64,000 nt of DNA from Candidatus Poseidoniaceae archaeon (GTDB taxonomy: Archaea; Thermoplasmatota; Poseidoniia; Poseidoniales; Poseidoniaceae): contig JASLKC010000057.1 in assembly GCA_030747785.1 (NCBI GenBank), positions 10,495 to 74,494 on the forward strand. Direction: 5' to 3'. Below, one piece after another: positions 29,101 to 36,215 of the stretch. The stretch's first letter is position 1. Each line of letters opens with the position of its first letter. Under the pieces are notes generated by a model, which worked only from the letters and a program-made list of their open reading frames with translations, was not told where the DNA came from and searched no databases. The position numbers and the translations under genes were made by a program.

Positions 29101-29393
29101 TGGCGTAAGGCCATCCTTTCACTGATCAATTTTGTAGATTTACTTTCGTAATCTGGAAGTGAGAATGTCTTTTCTTCGACCTCTTCAACCGCCTCTATTT
29201 TTAGTTTGACCTTGGTTATTTTTAGTTGGGGGGGTATGGTGTTCCAAAGTGCACCGATCTCACGGGCATCATCTGGGACAACCACATTCTCGGGCTTGTT
29301 TTCCCGTTTTGCAATTTGGTAGATGCCATATCCAAAACCCACAAGAAATATACCTGAAATAATTGTGAATATATCGGCCATGTTACCCCCCAA
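26127..29393 (-). CDS. membrane-anchored giant coiled-coil protein with two DUF2135/YfaP-like modules
   Basis: N-terminal TM (IISGIFLVGFGYGIYQIA) followed by long E/K/L/I-rich segments. Two homologous ~120-aa modules lie at nt 27351-27710 and 26130-26498 (FTLLW[ND]..NDLD..IR.P......G......GG...[IL][DE]MNA......P.EN..W......G.Y.VFV). Confidence 0.7.
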   Translation of the reverse strand: MGGNMADIFTIISGIFLVGFGYGIYQIAKRENKPENVVVPDDAREIGALWNTIPPQLKITKVKLKIEAVEEVEEKTFSLPDYESKSTKLISERMALRQKIVEHDQVMTNLESELSTTLLRRKEVLAIIRSIHTHQVRLELPTDESLQFGLDVLEGTELENRMAELSEMLNDLKENLLGKEKEIVEEDREELDIKSKEKFVSTLDEELQDLKTRLEDRQDIEAIRISICNARSVEEIDAIEVDIASETASKSLAGLKDERRKIIVTEEKYNTLSHEIPLINDLEELIRLNFSPFTPVMIEKLQTLSNKRKYELIVKNIAEVERDAFEKIDKEMMDVSSLEGLDAIVISSVNTNQERILEVIRDKRRGDLQYGIVMGSIDFAESALQIDAIEIPDLSEGRMDKIKTKMQEKRQTLVEELRLKKQAKKFNKYCGIIETCEDMEELLTKNFYNVGIQQFEELENRRAQRLIHLQNQTYNNNKLTIENAVELKDLEHIPLRNLRDEQIEEFLELIEEKTDEIELGVILTEGIGIALQTQPDNAIEFDSGFEEETLQRLMEYEGQYSDVMFTLLWNDKNDLDVIIRCPDSSLIYKGKNSNSGGRIDIEMNADSPISDPLENIIWDSQDTPGGQYDVFVWFKENRSLIGAKSALKVRVQDGPLISAFSCTLEESTKVLWVASVSISDPVARGEMIARERDNRATLWHQLATAENPESLPELNGMLLSPMNIEEFTAERENRVEYLTELVERIRLEKEDEAMDIVIAAINDAQNVEQLDQIEFTGVAAEQIPKVEKRLEKQRASLEKFAERTRKDTMRTNYKLLANSIANAQVSDDLRELPQLELFDKDAEKIKSAFEKKLTEVRKNEQQELERENVRRIKSTIESLSTYEDAISMEISGVNDNDGTQLLRLLEIKAEELRIQKEETERFERRSANLSQILEASIAASQSTFIEGCERNDEFVKRMNKENASVGPLTFTLLWDNLNDLDLLIRTPSGEIIHHGNRQSSDGGNLELDMNAKGRTKRPIENVLWMQSAPSGSYHVFVHHHSKHGRLFDSDPTTYMVRISSKDDIYSSEGRISNGEPVKHIGCFIIAQR

Positions 29394-29427
29394 TCAAACA
29401 TTCACCAAAGTATTAACTCAATTTAAT

Positions 29428-29895
29428 TCAGATGTCAAATACTACATCGGCAAACCATCCTGGGCCGTTAAAACTCGGTATTTCGGGCCACTGTGAGTGT
29501 ATGGTTTCTTCTGCGCTTACTTCTCGGAATGCGAATTCATGAGTTGTTACAGCCTTGATTTCAACTTCAAGGCTAACATCGCTCTTTGCAACATATGAGA
29601 CTTGAGCTTCAATCATTCCCTCACGAATCATCGGCTGGCAATCAATCAAAAATTCATCATGTACTTCAGACCTGAATAATATTTCATCAAGCCATTTCAC
29701 TACAAGAAGATCAGTTTCACCTTCATGGCTTACTTCCCAGCGTGCAACATTACGTGTGAGTGCATTCAGATCCTGTCCTTCCTCAAGGAGGATAGATTGC
29801 ATTCCTACAGTCAGTTCACGTAGTAAATCTCCTTGGTTACGCCCGAATGCTCTGATTCCAACATCTGCTGTTGTGGGTCGCACCCAATGGCTCAA
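29428..29895 (-). CDS. archease
   Basis: TTADVGIRAFGRNQGDLLRELTVGM, VVKWLDEILF, EIKAVTTHEF and the C-terminal ADVVFDI are archease hallmarks. I prefer the TTG at 29895 (M-SHWVRPTTADV), 5 nt after the upstream stop; the ATG at 29958 is the alternative. Confidence 0.7.
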   Translation of the reverse strand: MSHWVRPTTADVGIRAFGRNQGDLLRELTVGMQSILLEEGQDLNALTRNVARWEVSHEGETDLLVVKWLDEILFRSEVHDEFLIDCQPMIREGMIEAQVSYVAKSDVSLEVEIKAVTTHEFAFREVSAEETIHSQWPEIPSFNGPGWFADVVFDI

Positions 29896-29899
29896 AATA

Positions 29900-30982
29900 T
29901 CACCTCTGAGAGATTTGCATACTCCATGCAACTTGGTCGAGACGGTCGGCCAAAGCATCTCCAGTGAGGGTGAATTCCTGATCTGCGGCCATGATACACT
30001 CACATGCAGCATTTGCAAGTTGAGCAGTACCATTAACATCCAATCCTATTCTTACAGCAGCAGCGATTGCGACAGCAGCAGCATCAATGATTCCAATTAC
30101 TCCACTTGGGCTCTCAAGTGTACAAGGGACATGGATAGTTTCACCATCGCTTGTATAGACGGTAACTCCATTTTCACCTTCAAGGACAAGCAGGTTCCCC
30201 CATTCATTATCCTTGATCAATTTAGTTGCTGCTTCAGGTGAATTTGAACATGCAAGTCTCTTGGCCATCAGGTCTAGACCCCGAGTTTGGAATACTACCC
30301 AATCTGCGCCCTGAGTCCTGTGTAATCCCGTTAATTTGGGGTCACAGATAATCGGAACACCGGCGACCTTTGCAGCGTTGACCAGTCGCCCTGCTCCTTC
30401 ATCAGTAATCACGCCCTGGCCATAATCTGAGATGATTAGAACATCAGCCTTAGCGATTCTATCTACCGCTTGGTCGATGATAGATGCAAGGGCCTCACTT
30501 GGCATGGGTGAATCATCATCGATATCCCAGCGCAATAGGAGTTGTTCGTTACTAATCAGGTATTCACGTCCAGCAATTAGGCGCGTTTTCACAGTTGTAG
30601 TGCGTCCTTCGATGATAGCAATTCCATCGCATTCTACATCTTCGCCTTCTAAAGCTTCGATGATATTTCCTCCTGATTCATCATCGCCAACTACCCCGAA
30701 TAGGATTGCATCAAGACCCACATTTTCCAATCCCCTTGCGACGTGAGCAGCAGCGCCAACGTCTTCGTGCCGGCGAGTTTCTTTCAAGACGGGAACAGGT
30801 GCTCTACTGTTGAGGTTGTTCGCATATCCGTGAATATATCGATCGAGCATAATGTCTCCAACCAATACTACAGCACCAGTCAAACTCGTGATTCGATTTT
30901 GCAGTTCAACCAATCGGTCATGTACCACTTGGTCGACATCATTCATTCCCATGTTTCTTCCCCCGAGGCTTTGGTTTTTCAA
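29900..30982 (-). CDS. PfkB-family carbohydrate/nucleoside kinase (HldE/RfaE domain-I-like)
   Basis: VLVGDIMLDRYIHGYANNLNSRAPVPVL, GAAAHVARGL, VLIISDYGQGV and DAAAVAIAAA (anion-hole region) match ribokinase-fold HldE kinase-domain patterns. Confidence 0.75.
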   Translation of the reverse strand: MKNQSLGGRNMGMNDVDQVVHDRLVELQNRITSLTGAVVLVGDIMLDRYIHGYANNLNSRAPVPVLKETRRHEDVGAAAHVARGLENVGLDAILFGVVGDDESGGNIIEALEGEDVECDGIAIIEGRTTTVKTRLIAGREYLISNEQLLLRWDIDDDSPMPSEALASIIDQAVDRIAKADVLIISDYGQGVITDEGAGRLVNAAKVAGVPIICDPKLTGLHRTQGADWVVFQTRGLDLMAKRLACSNSPEAATKLIKDNEWGNLLVLEGENGVTVYTSDGETIHVPCTLESPSGVIGIIDAAAVAIAAAVRIGLDVNGTAQLANAACECIMAADQEFTLTGDALADRLDQVAWSMQISQR

Positions 30983-31938
30983 TCATCCCTGTCTAGCAGT
31001 TCTGCAAGCATAGTAGCGTGCATCGTATCAGAGATACCCAGAGTTTCTCTGAGAGTTGTGAGCATAGCGTCCTCATCAGCGGTAATCATACCATCTTCGA
31101 GTGCGGTGATCAGTGTTGCGCGGTATGCATTTTCAGCATCACCCAATATAGGTGCTTCTCGAGCTAATTTCAATAGGCGTGTATGGCTTTCATCGTCGAT
31201 ACCAAATGCGGTACGCATGGTGACGAGTAGTGCGACTTCATCTTCGACGATTTCACCATCTACTAGGGCTTGTCTTAGCATGTCTAAGTATACATCCTCA
31301 GGAGGGGGGATATCTTGTGATTTCCGTGCTTCATCAGATATTCTACGCACGCGGTCTGGGTGCATTCCTACGAATTCCACAACTTCGTTCAGGAGATGTT
31401 GTTCGTCCTTGGTGATTTTCCCATCTTCCCATGCCCGTGCAAGCATACGGCGGACCAAATCCTCACCTGCCTGAGCATCGAGTGATGCAGTGCCTTCTGG
31501 ATTGGAAACCGGTGAAATAACCGGATTTGAATGGAATACCATTCCTTCATCGAGATGAGAAAGTAGGTCTAGGGTCAACTGACCTCCAGCTCGCAAAGAG
31601 GAAAGTACGACCTTCTCACCATTGTTGATTACATCCTCATCGAGTATTCTCTGTCGAAGAGCACCTGCTCTTTGGCGTCCGGCTGAAGTGAGTCCATAGA
31701 CGCGTCGTCGCTGTTTAGCACCCGGTACATGGCGTTGGCCAGTGATGAGTTCACCTCTATTTTCTAGGCGCTTCAAAGTACGCGGTACATGCTTTCTCTG
31801 GACGTGTACTGCGGCTGAAATACCTGCTTGAGTAATGCTTCCTGGAGCCTCCCACTGTCCTTCGGGAAGCGGGTTGTCATTGAGGTGAAGTAGCATACGC
31901 TCCTCAGTGGTCAAGGTGCCGAGATATCCGTCTACCAT
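30979..31938 (-). CDS. winged-helix DNA-binding protein fused to three TerB-like repeats
   Basis: The N-terminal ~100 aa are wHTH-like (ITQAGISAAVHVQRKHVPRTLKRLENRGELI...RRRVYGLTSAG). Three ~60-aa repeats follow, each with DG-x-I-x-x-DE (EDGKITKDEQHLL, VDGEIVEDEVALL, EDGMITADEDAML). 4-nt overlap with the kinase gene. Confidence 0.6.
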   Translation of the reverse strand: MVDGYLGTLTTEERMLLHLNDNPLPEGQWEAPGSITQAGISAAVHVQRKHVPRTLKRLENRGELITGQRHVPGAKQRRRVYGLTSAGRQRAGALRQRILDEDVINNGEKVVLSSLRAGGQLTLDLLSHLDEGMVFHSNPVISPVSNPEGTASLDAQAGEDLVRRMLARAWEDGKITKDEQHLLNEVVEFVGMHPDRVRRISDEARKSQDIPPPEDVYLDMLRQALVDGEIVEDEVALLVTMRTAFGIDDESHTRLLKLAREAPILGDAENAYRATLITALEDGMITADEDAMLTTLRETLGISDTMHATMLAELLDRDD

Positions 31939-31943
31939 GCTCC

Positions 31944-31963
31944 TCCCTCCCTATGGGGAGGGA
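31944..31963. promoter_or_regulatory. inverted repeat TCCCTCCC-TATG-GGGAGGGA in the endA / wHTH-TerB divergent intergenic region
   Basis: Read directly. It starts 6 nt upstream of the wHTH gene ATG and includes its GGAGG-like ribosome-binding site. Confidence 0.35.
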
Positions 31964-32002
31964 AGGGGAGGCACATAAGAGTCCCCACACCCTCACGCAA
32001 CC

Positions 32003-32953
32003 ATGGGAGGAGGTCGTAAGTCTAAGCCGAGGGTTCGTTCGACCCGTCCAATTGGCCTTTCTGCAGATGGTGCCCCTTCCATACCGAACGAACAACCTGT
32101 AGAGCAAGACGGCATGTGGTTCATCCCTGAACCGATATCTATGCGTTTGTATCAGAAGTCTGCTCTCGGTGTTATTTGCGAGGGAGGTATTCTTCTCACC
32201 GCTGAGGAAGTTATGTTTTGTCATTGGCATCGTCATATCCCATTGCAGGATGATTTCGTCGATAAGCGCCTAGATGAAGATCCTGATTTCGCTCATCGAT
32301 GTGTTGCATATGATGTGGCCCGTTCAGGGGGAGAAAAAGTTGTGCCAAAAGACGGTGTTTGGTTACGTTGGGCACGCGATACACATCCATCAAAAGGAAC
32401 TCCTGAAGCCGAAATTCGATGGGCTAGAACTTGCAATACGTTGGATTGGTCAGAATTATTGCAGTGGACAAGAACTGTTACAGATTCAGGAATGCTTTCG
32501 GAATTGGCAATCGTCGATGATGAGATGGATGTAACCATGTATCGCTTATCACTTATCGACCCAAGAGGTTCACTAACACCAGCAATTCCTGGTGAGCAAT
32601 CTGATTCTATTGGTGTCGAGCATCTTTCGAGGAGATTCATCCGTGAAGATGAAGCCAATTGGACAGCGGGAAATGATGACGATGTCACTAAATTATTCGG
32701 TGAATTAAATTCCAGAGGTTTACTCATGCGTCCCGGTTTCAAATACGGTTGTAGATGGAGGGTGTACGATACACCAATCGATGAATCTCATGCACCATGG
32801 TTAATGCAGATGGAAAAGGATGCCGCTAATACTTGGGACGGAGTATGCCTTTCAGTAAGATTAGCGGAAGGGGTCAACAAGGGCTGGGTCTGTGTCATGG
32901 ATGACGGGGACTGGAACTTCCTCCAGTTCAGGCGCCATCTTCCTGGAAGATGA
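32003..32953 (+). CDS. endA: tRNA-splicing endonuclease, two-domain (alpha2-type)
   Basis: The C-terminal catalytic domain has GFKYGCRWRVYD....SHAPWL and ...SVRLAEGVNKGWVCV..D..W.FLQF. The 316-aa size fits the duplicated-domain homodimeric form. Confidence 0.7.
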   Translation: MGGGRKSKPRVRSTRPIGLSADGAPSIPNEQPVEQDGMWFIPEPISMRLYQKSALGVICEGGILLTAEEVMFCHWHRHIPLQDDFVDKRLDEDPDFAHRCVAYDVARSGGEKVVPKDGVWLRWARDTHPSKGTPEAEIRWARTCNTLDWSELLQWTRTVTDSGMLSELAIVDDEMDVTMYRLSLIDPRGSLTPAIPGEQSDSIGVEHLSRRFIREDEANWTAGNDDDVTKLFGELNSRGLLMRPGFKYGCRWRVYDTPIDESHAPWLMQMEKDAANTWDGVCLSVRLAEGVNKGWVCVMDDGDWNFLQFRRHLPGR

Positions 32954-34900
32954 TTTGATTCCCATTATCACCCAAAGTGCACAAAGACACAGAGCCACTG
33001 GAACCAGCGTCCCTGGGTTTTTCACAAAAGCGAACCCACTCGTTTCATCAGATTCCGCAGTTAACTCGACTTCGACAATCCATTGGTGTCCAGAATCCGA
33101 TGCGATTACTACTTCGCCCTTTGCAAGCATTTCAGGTGTAAGGAGCCCATCGGGATCGATTTCGAGTGTGATAGAATCGCCGGGGCCTAGATTTTGTCGA
33201 TTATCGGTGGTAGCAATTCTCTCGAGGGGCCCTTCTAATCCAATTAGCCACGTCTGGTCTTCCTCTCCAATGAATTCCAGTGGAATTGTGATTGTACTAA
33301 TCACATCGAACGGTATTATTGCTTCAAAATATGAATTGACAGGGATGCTTCCAAGGATTTCGAAATCATGTTCAACATCGATAATGCTACCAGATGAACA
33401 ACCGATAGTTCCCGTGATTGTACCTACTACACCCTTGATTCCTGCCGAATCAAATACGAGTTCACCTTCATGGTGGCTCAGCAATCTATTATCCGAACTC
33501 ACGAGGTTTAACTCCAACCCATCACAATTTGCGTGTATTGGAATGGAATCATCGGCCGTAAGAACAGAGCCATGGTTTGGAAGATTTACTTCGGTTGCGT
33601 GGCCACATCCTTCAGATGAAAATTGAATGGAATAATTATCTCCTGAATTTGCAACTTCCCCCGTCCAATCGACCAATATTCCGTCGTGGTCTCTAATTTG
33701 AATTCCAGTCGCTCCGAATGTACTACCATCTTGGAATAAATCTGAACTTTCACCCTCACCCACGCCATTGACTAAGTCCTGACGTCCATCGGCTTCCATT
33801 ACTACTAACCATGGCTGTTCAGGATGGGAATTCACGGTATTAGTAAGAACCGAACCGGCTGTGGTATCTTGCTTGAGAACCAAAACTCCATGGCCAGGGA
33901 GGTTGCTATCAAATCCAGAATTTGTTCGCAATTCGACCCATACAAATTCCCCTTCGCCAATATCGATTTTCAGTGCAGTGCCGCCTTCACTCATTCCAGT
34001 TAGGGGGACTGTTGCGCCTGTGCAAGTTTCTCCCGCTGGCCAATCGAGAACCATTTCAGTGTGACGAGAGGTACCGATTACTTCCATTGTTGCAGAAGTT
34101 GGTAGAGCAGGCCATGCGCCATTACCGTTCCAATTACCGCTTGCCATCACATCCCATTTTCCAACTCCTTTCCAGGATTGTGCAACTGTTTCATCGTGAA
34201 CGGGATAAAGATCTAAGGCACCCAATTGATGGTACATTTCATGAATTAATGTGCCGAAATTATTGGAGGATTTTTGTGAACCAATCGTATAGTGAGCAAT
34301 AGAAAGTCCAGCTCCAAGAGCAACTTCATTCTCAATGCTTGAGAAGTGACTCCAGATTCTATTTGATGACCCACCACCATCTTCCTGTGGTTTGATGCAG
34401 TGTAGAATTAGAAATCTGTCGACCCATCCATCTCCATCCATGTCGTAATTTGCCCACTCTACATCTTGTGAAATATCTCTGACAACCTCCTCTGCTAAGG
34501 TATGTGGATTATGGCCATCAGCACCCACATCTCTCTCGCCATTGACATCAAGGCCATATGTGGTCATCGCTTGACTTGGAGTGATTATTTCATCGTGATA
34601 ATCAATTGTGAGTTCAACCTGCCCACCGCTCGTTTGGTCGATATAATTGATCGCAGATTGAGAGAACATAGTTTCTGCTCGTTGCTGGTCACACCCCACC
34701 ATTTCGTCTTGGTCAGGGAAGTCGATTAGAACAACAAGCCAACGTTCTTGAGTATGCATTCCTACCAATGGACCTGCATCGGATTCTGAGATTATTGAAT
34801 TATCGAGAATCCATTCCTCAATTGCGTCACCAGAGGCCCATGCACCGCCTGCCAGTAGCAGGAATATGATGGCAATCGGCCACCCTACAGAGGGACGCAT
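32861..34900 (-). CDS. secreted M6 (InhA-like) zinc metalloprotease with a C-terminal TM anchor
   Basis: Signal MRPSVGWPIAIIFLLLAGGAWASG, HEXXH in FGTLIHEMYHQLGALDLY and C-terminal helix LVPVALCLCALWVIMGI. Start moved to the Met at 34900 to avoid overlap with the upstream gene. Confidence 0.7.
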   Translation of the reverse strand: MRPSVGWPIAIIFLLLAGGAWASGDAIEEWILDNSIISESDAGPLVGMHTQERWLVVLIDFPDQDEMVGCDQQRAETMFSQSAINYIDQTSGGQVELTIDYHDEIITPSQAMTTYGLDVNGERDVGADGHNPHTLAEEVVRDISQDVEWANYDMDGDGWVDRFLILHCIKPQEDGGGSSNRIWSHFSSIENEVALGAGLSIAHYTIGSQKSSNNFGTLIHEMYHQLGALDLYPVHDETVAQSWKGVGKWDVMASGNWNGNGAWPALPTSATMEVIGTSRHTEMVLDWPAGETCTGATVPLTGMSEGGTALKIDIGEGEFVWVELRTNSGFDSNLPGHGVLVLKQDTTAGSVLTNTVNSHPEQPWLVVMEADGRQDLVNGVGEGESSDLFQDGSTFGATGIQIRDHDGILVDWTGEVANSGDNYSIQFSSEGCGHATEVNLPNHGSVLTADDSIPIHANCDGLELNLVSSDNRLLSHHEGELVFDSAGIKGVVGTITGTIGCSSGSIIDVEHDFEILGSIPVNSYFEAIIPFDVISTITIPLEFIGEEDQTWLIGLEGPLERIATTDNRQNLGPGDSITLEIDPDGLLTPEMLAKGEVVIASDSGHQWIVEVELTAESDETSGFAFVKNPGTLVPVALCLCALWVIMGIKSSSRKMAPELEEVPVPVIHDTDPALVDPFR

Positions 34901-34931
34901 GGGGACTTCGTCCCCATCGGTGAGGTTTGAA

Positions 34932-36209
34932 TCATTGGTCGTGGAGAGTCGTAAAAACATCAATTCCAGAACAATCAGCCAAACTCAGCCATGCTTCATC
35001 ACGATTCATTTGCAAACCAAAGGGAATATTTCCACCATGGTGTAGGGTCTTGATGCCGCACTCTGATAGAATTTTATTAATTCGTTCAAGGCTACTCTGC
35101 TTCGACCAAGGCGAAATTAGCGATGCCATAGCTAATCGTAGGTCGACATCGTGATTATGAGTTCGTAGAGTGGCAATATGCGATAGATCTAGACTTCTGG
35201 AATCAATTCCTAAGAACCGTAATGAATCCATAAATCCTGGTGGCATACCTTCAAGCGAACACCCTGAGAACACAATATCGGTTACGCCAAATCTTTTACA
35301 GGAATCTATGAGGTAATTTTGCTCAATTGGATAGCGGCAAACCGCATCGTATCTCATTACTCCCATGCCGGGTAGTGGACTTATTGAGGGGGTAGAACCA
35401 CAGCATGAACAGTCGACATATAGGACTCGATGAATTCCACCTTCAGCGTCAAATAGATCATTCAATCCATACGCATCAGGTGCGCTCGCTCTGAATATAT
35501 TCCAACCTGATAATTCCACAAGACTCACAGCAATAATTGACAATGCAATCATCAATCCCGACATTTGTGAAGGGATTGCTAACCATAGTAGCATCACCAT
35601 GAATCCGTGAACTCTGACTCGCCACCACCCAGAATTACCAGCCCACAATAATTTCATTGAACCTGCTATTCGAATCACACTAATGGCTGCAAGAATAAGA
35701 AGTACTGCCCATGAAATTGTGATTGAGATGCGTAGCATTTCGGTAGCATCGTATAGTCCAACCAATCCAAGGCCACTTTGGAATGAATGGCCTTCAGCGA
35801 AAACCCAAGGCATTAACTCCATAATCACAAACCAAAGTGAAAGAATTCCAAGCCCCCAGATAGTTGTCATCCAGAATACAAATGCTCTGCGTTCAGAAGG
35901 TAATAGCCCACGTGCTGCAAAAGTATAGGCCTGAATCATTGCGAATGGAGCAGCAGTAAGCAATCCTAGTAATGCTGAACTCAGCCATTTTGTACTGGCC
36001 CATTCATCAGGTGAAAATACATTGATACAACTCGTTGTACAGGGGTCGAGTCGCGCCAAGATCCAATTCAGAATTATATCTATTGAGAAGGACCACACTA
36101 CTGCTAAAATCACTGTGAGAATTACAGTTGCTCTAAGGCGTTGGCCTAACTCTCTTAGGTGAGATTGTACACTCTGTCGGCCATCTCCCGACAGGTGCAG
36201 ATTACTCAT
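34932..36209 (-). CDS. tatC: TatC-family translocase subunit with a ~170-aa C-terminal cytoplasmic extension
   Basis: SHLRELGQRLRATVI, SPDEWASTKWLSSALLGLLTAAPFAMIQAYTFAARGLLPSERR and six helices follow the E. coli TatC pattern. An extra Cys-containing domain follows (YVDCSCCGS...). Confidence 0.6.
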   Translation of the reverse strand: MSNLHLSGDGRQSVQSHLRELGQRLRATVILTVILAVVWSFSIDIILNWILARLDPCTTSCINVFSPDEWASTKWLSSALLGLLTAAPFAMIQAYTFAARGLLPSERRAFVFWMTTIWGLGILSLWFVIMELMPWVFAEGHSFQSGLGLVGLYDATEMLRISITISWAVLLILAAISVIRIAGSMKLLWAGNSGWWRVRVHGFMVMLLWLAIPSQMSGLMIALSIIAVSLVELSGWNIFRASAPDAYGLNDLFDAEGGIHRVLYVDCSCCGSTPSISPLPGMGVMRYDAVCRYPIEQNYLIDSCKRFGVTDIVFSGCSLEGMPPGFMDSLRFLGIDSRSLDLSHIATLRTHNHDVDLRLAMASLISPWSKQSSLERINKILSECGIKTLHHGGNIPFGLQMNRDEAWLSLADCSGIDVFTTLHDQ

Positions 36210-36215
36210 ATGGCA

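Noticed and set aside
29896-30039. An upstream extension of the archease ORF (ATGs at 30039 and 29958).
   Set aside because: It would overlap the 3' end of the kinase gene by 59-140 nt. Archease homology starts at ...HWVRPTTADVG, and a TTG lies 5 nt after the kinase stop. The ATG at 29958 cannot be fully excluded.
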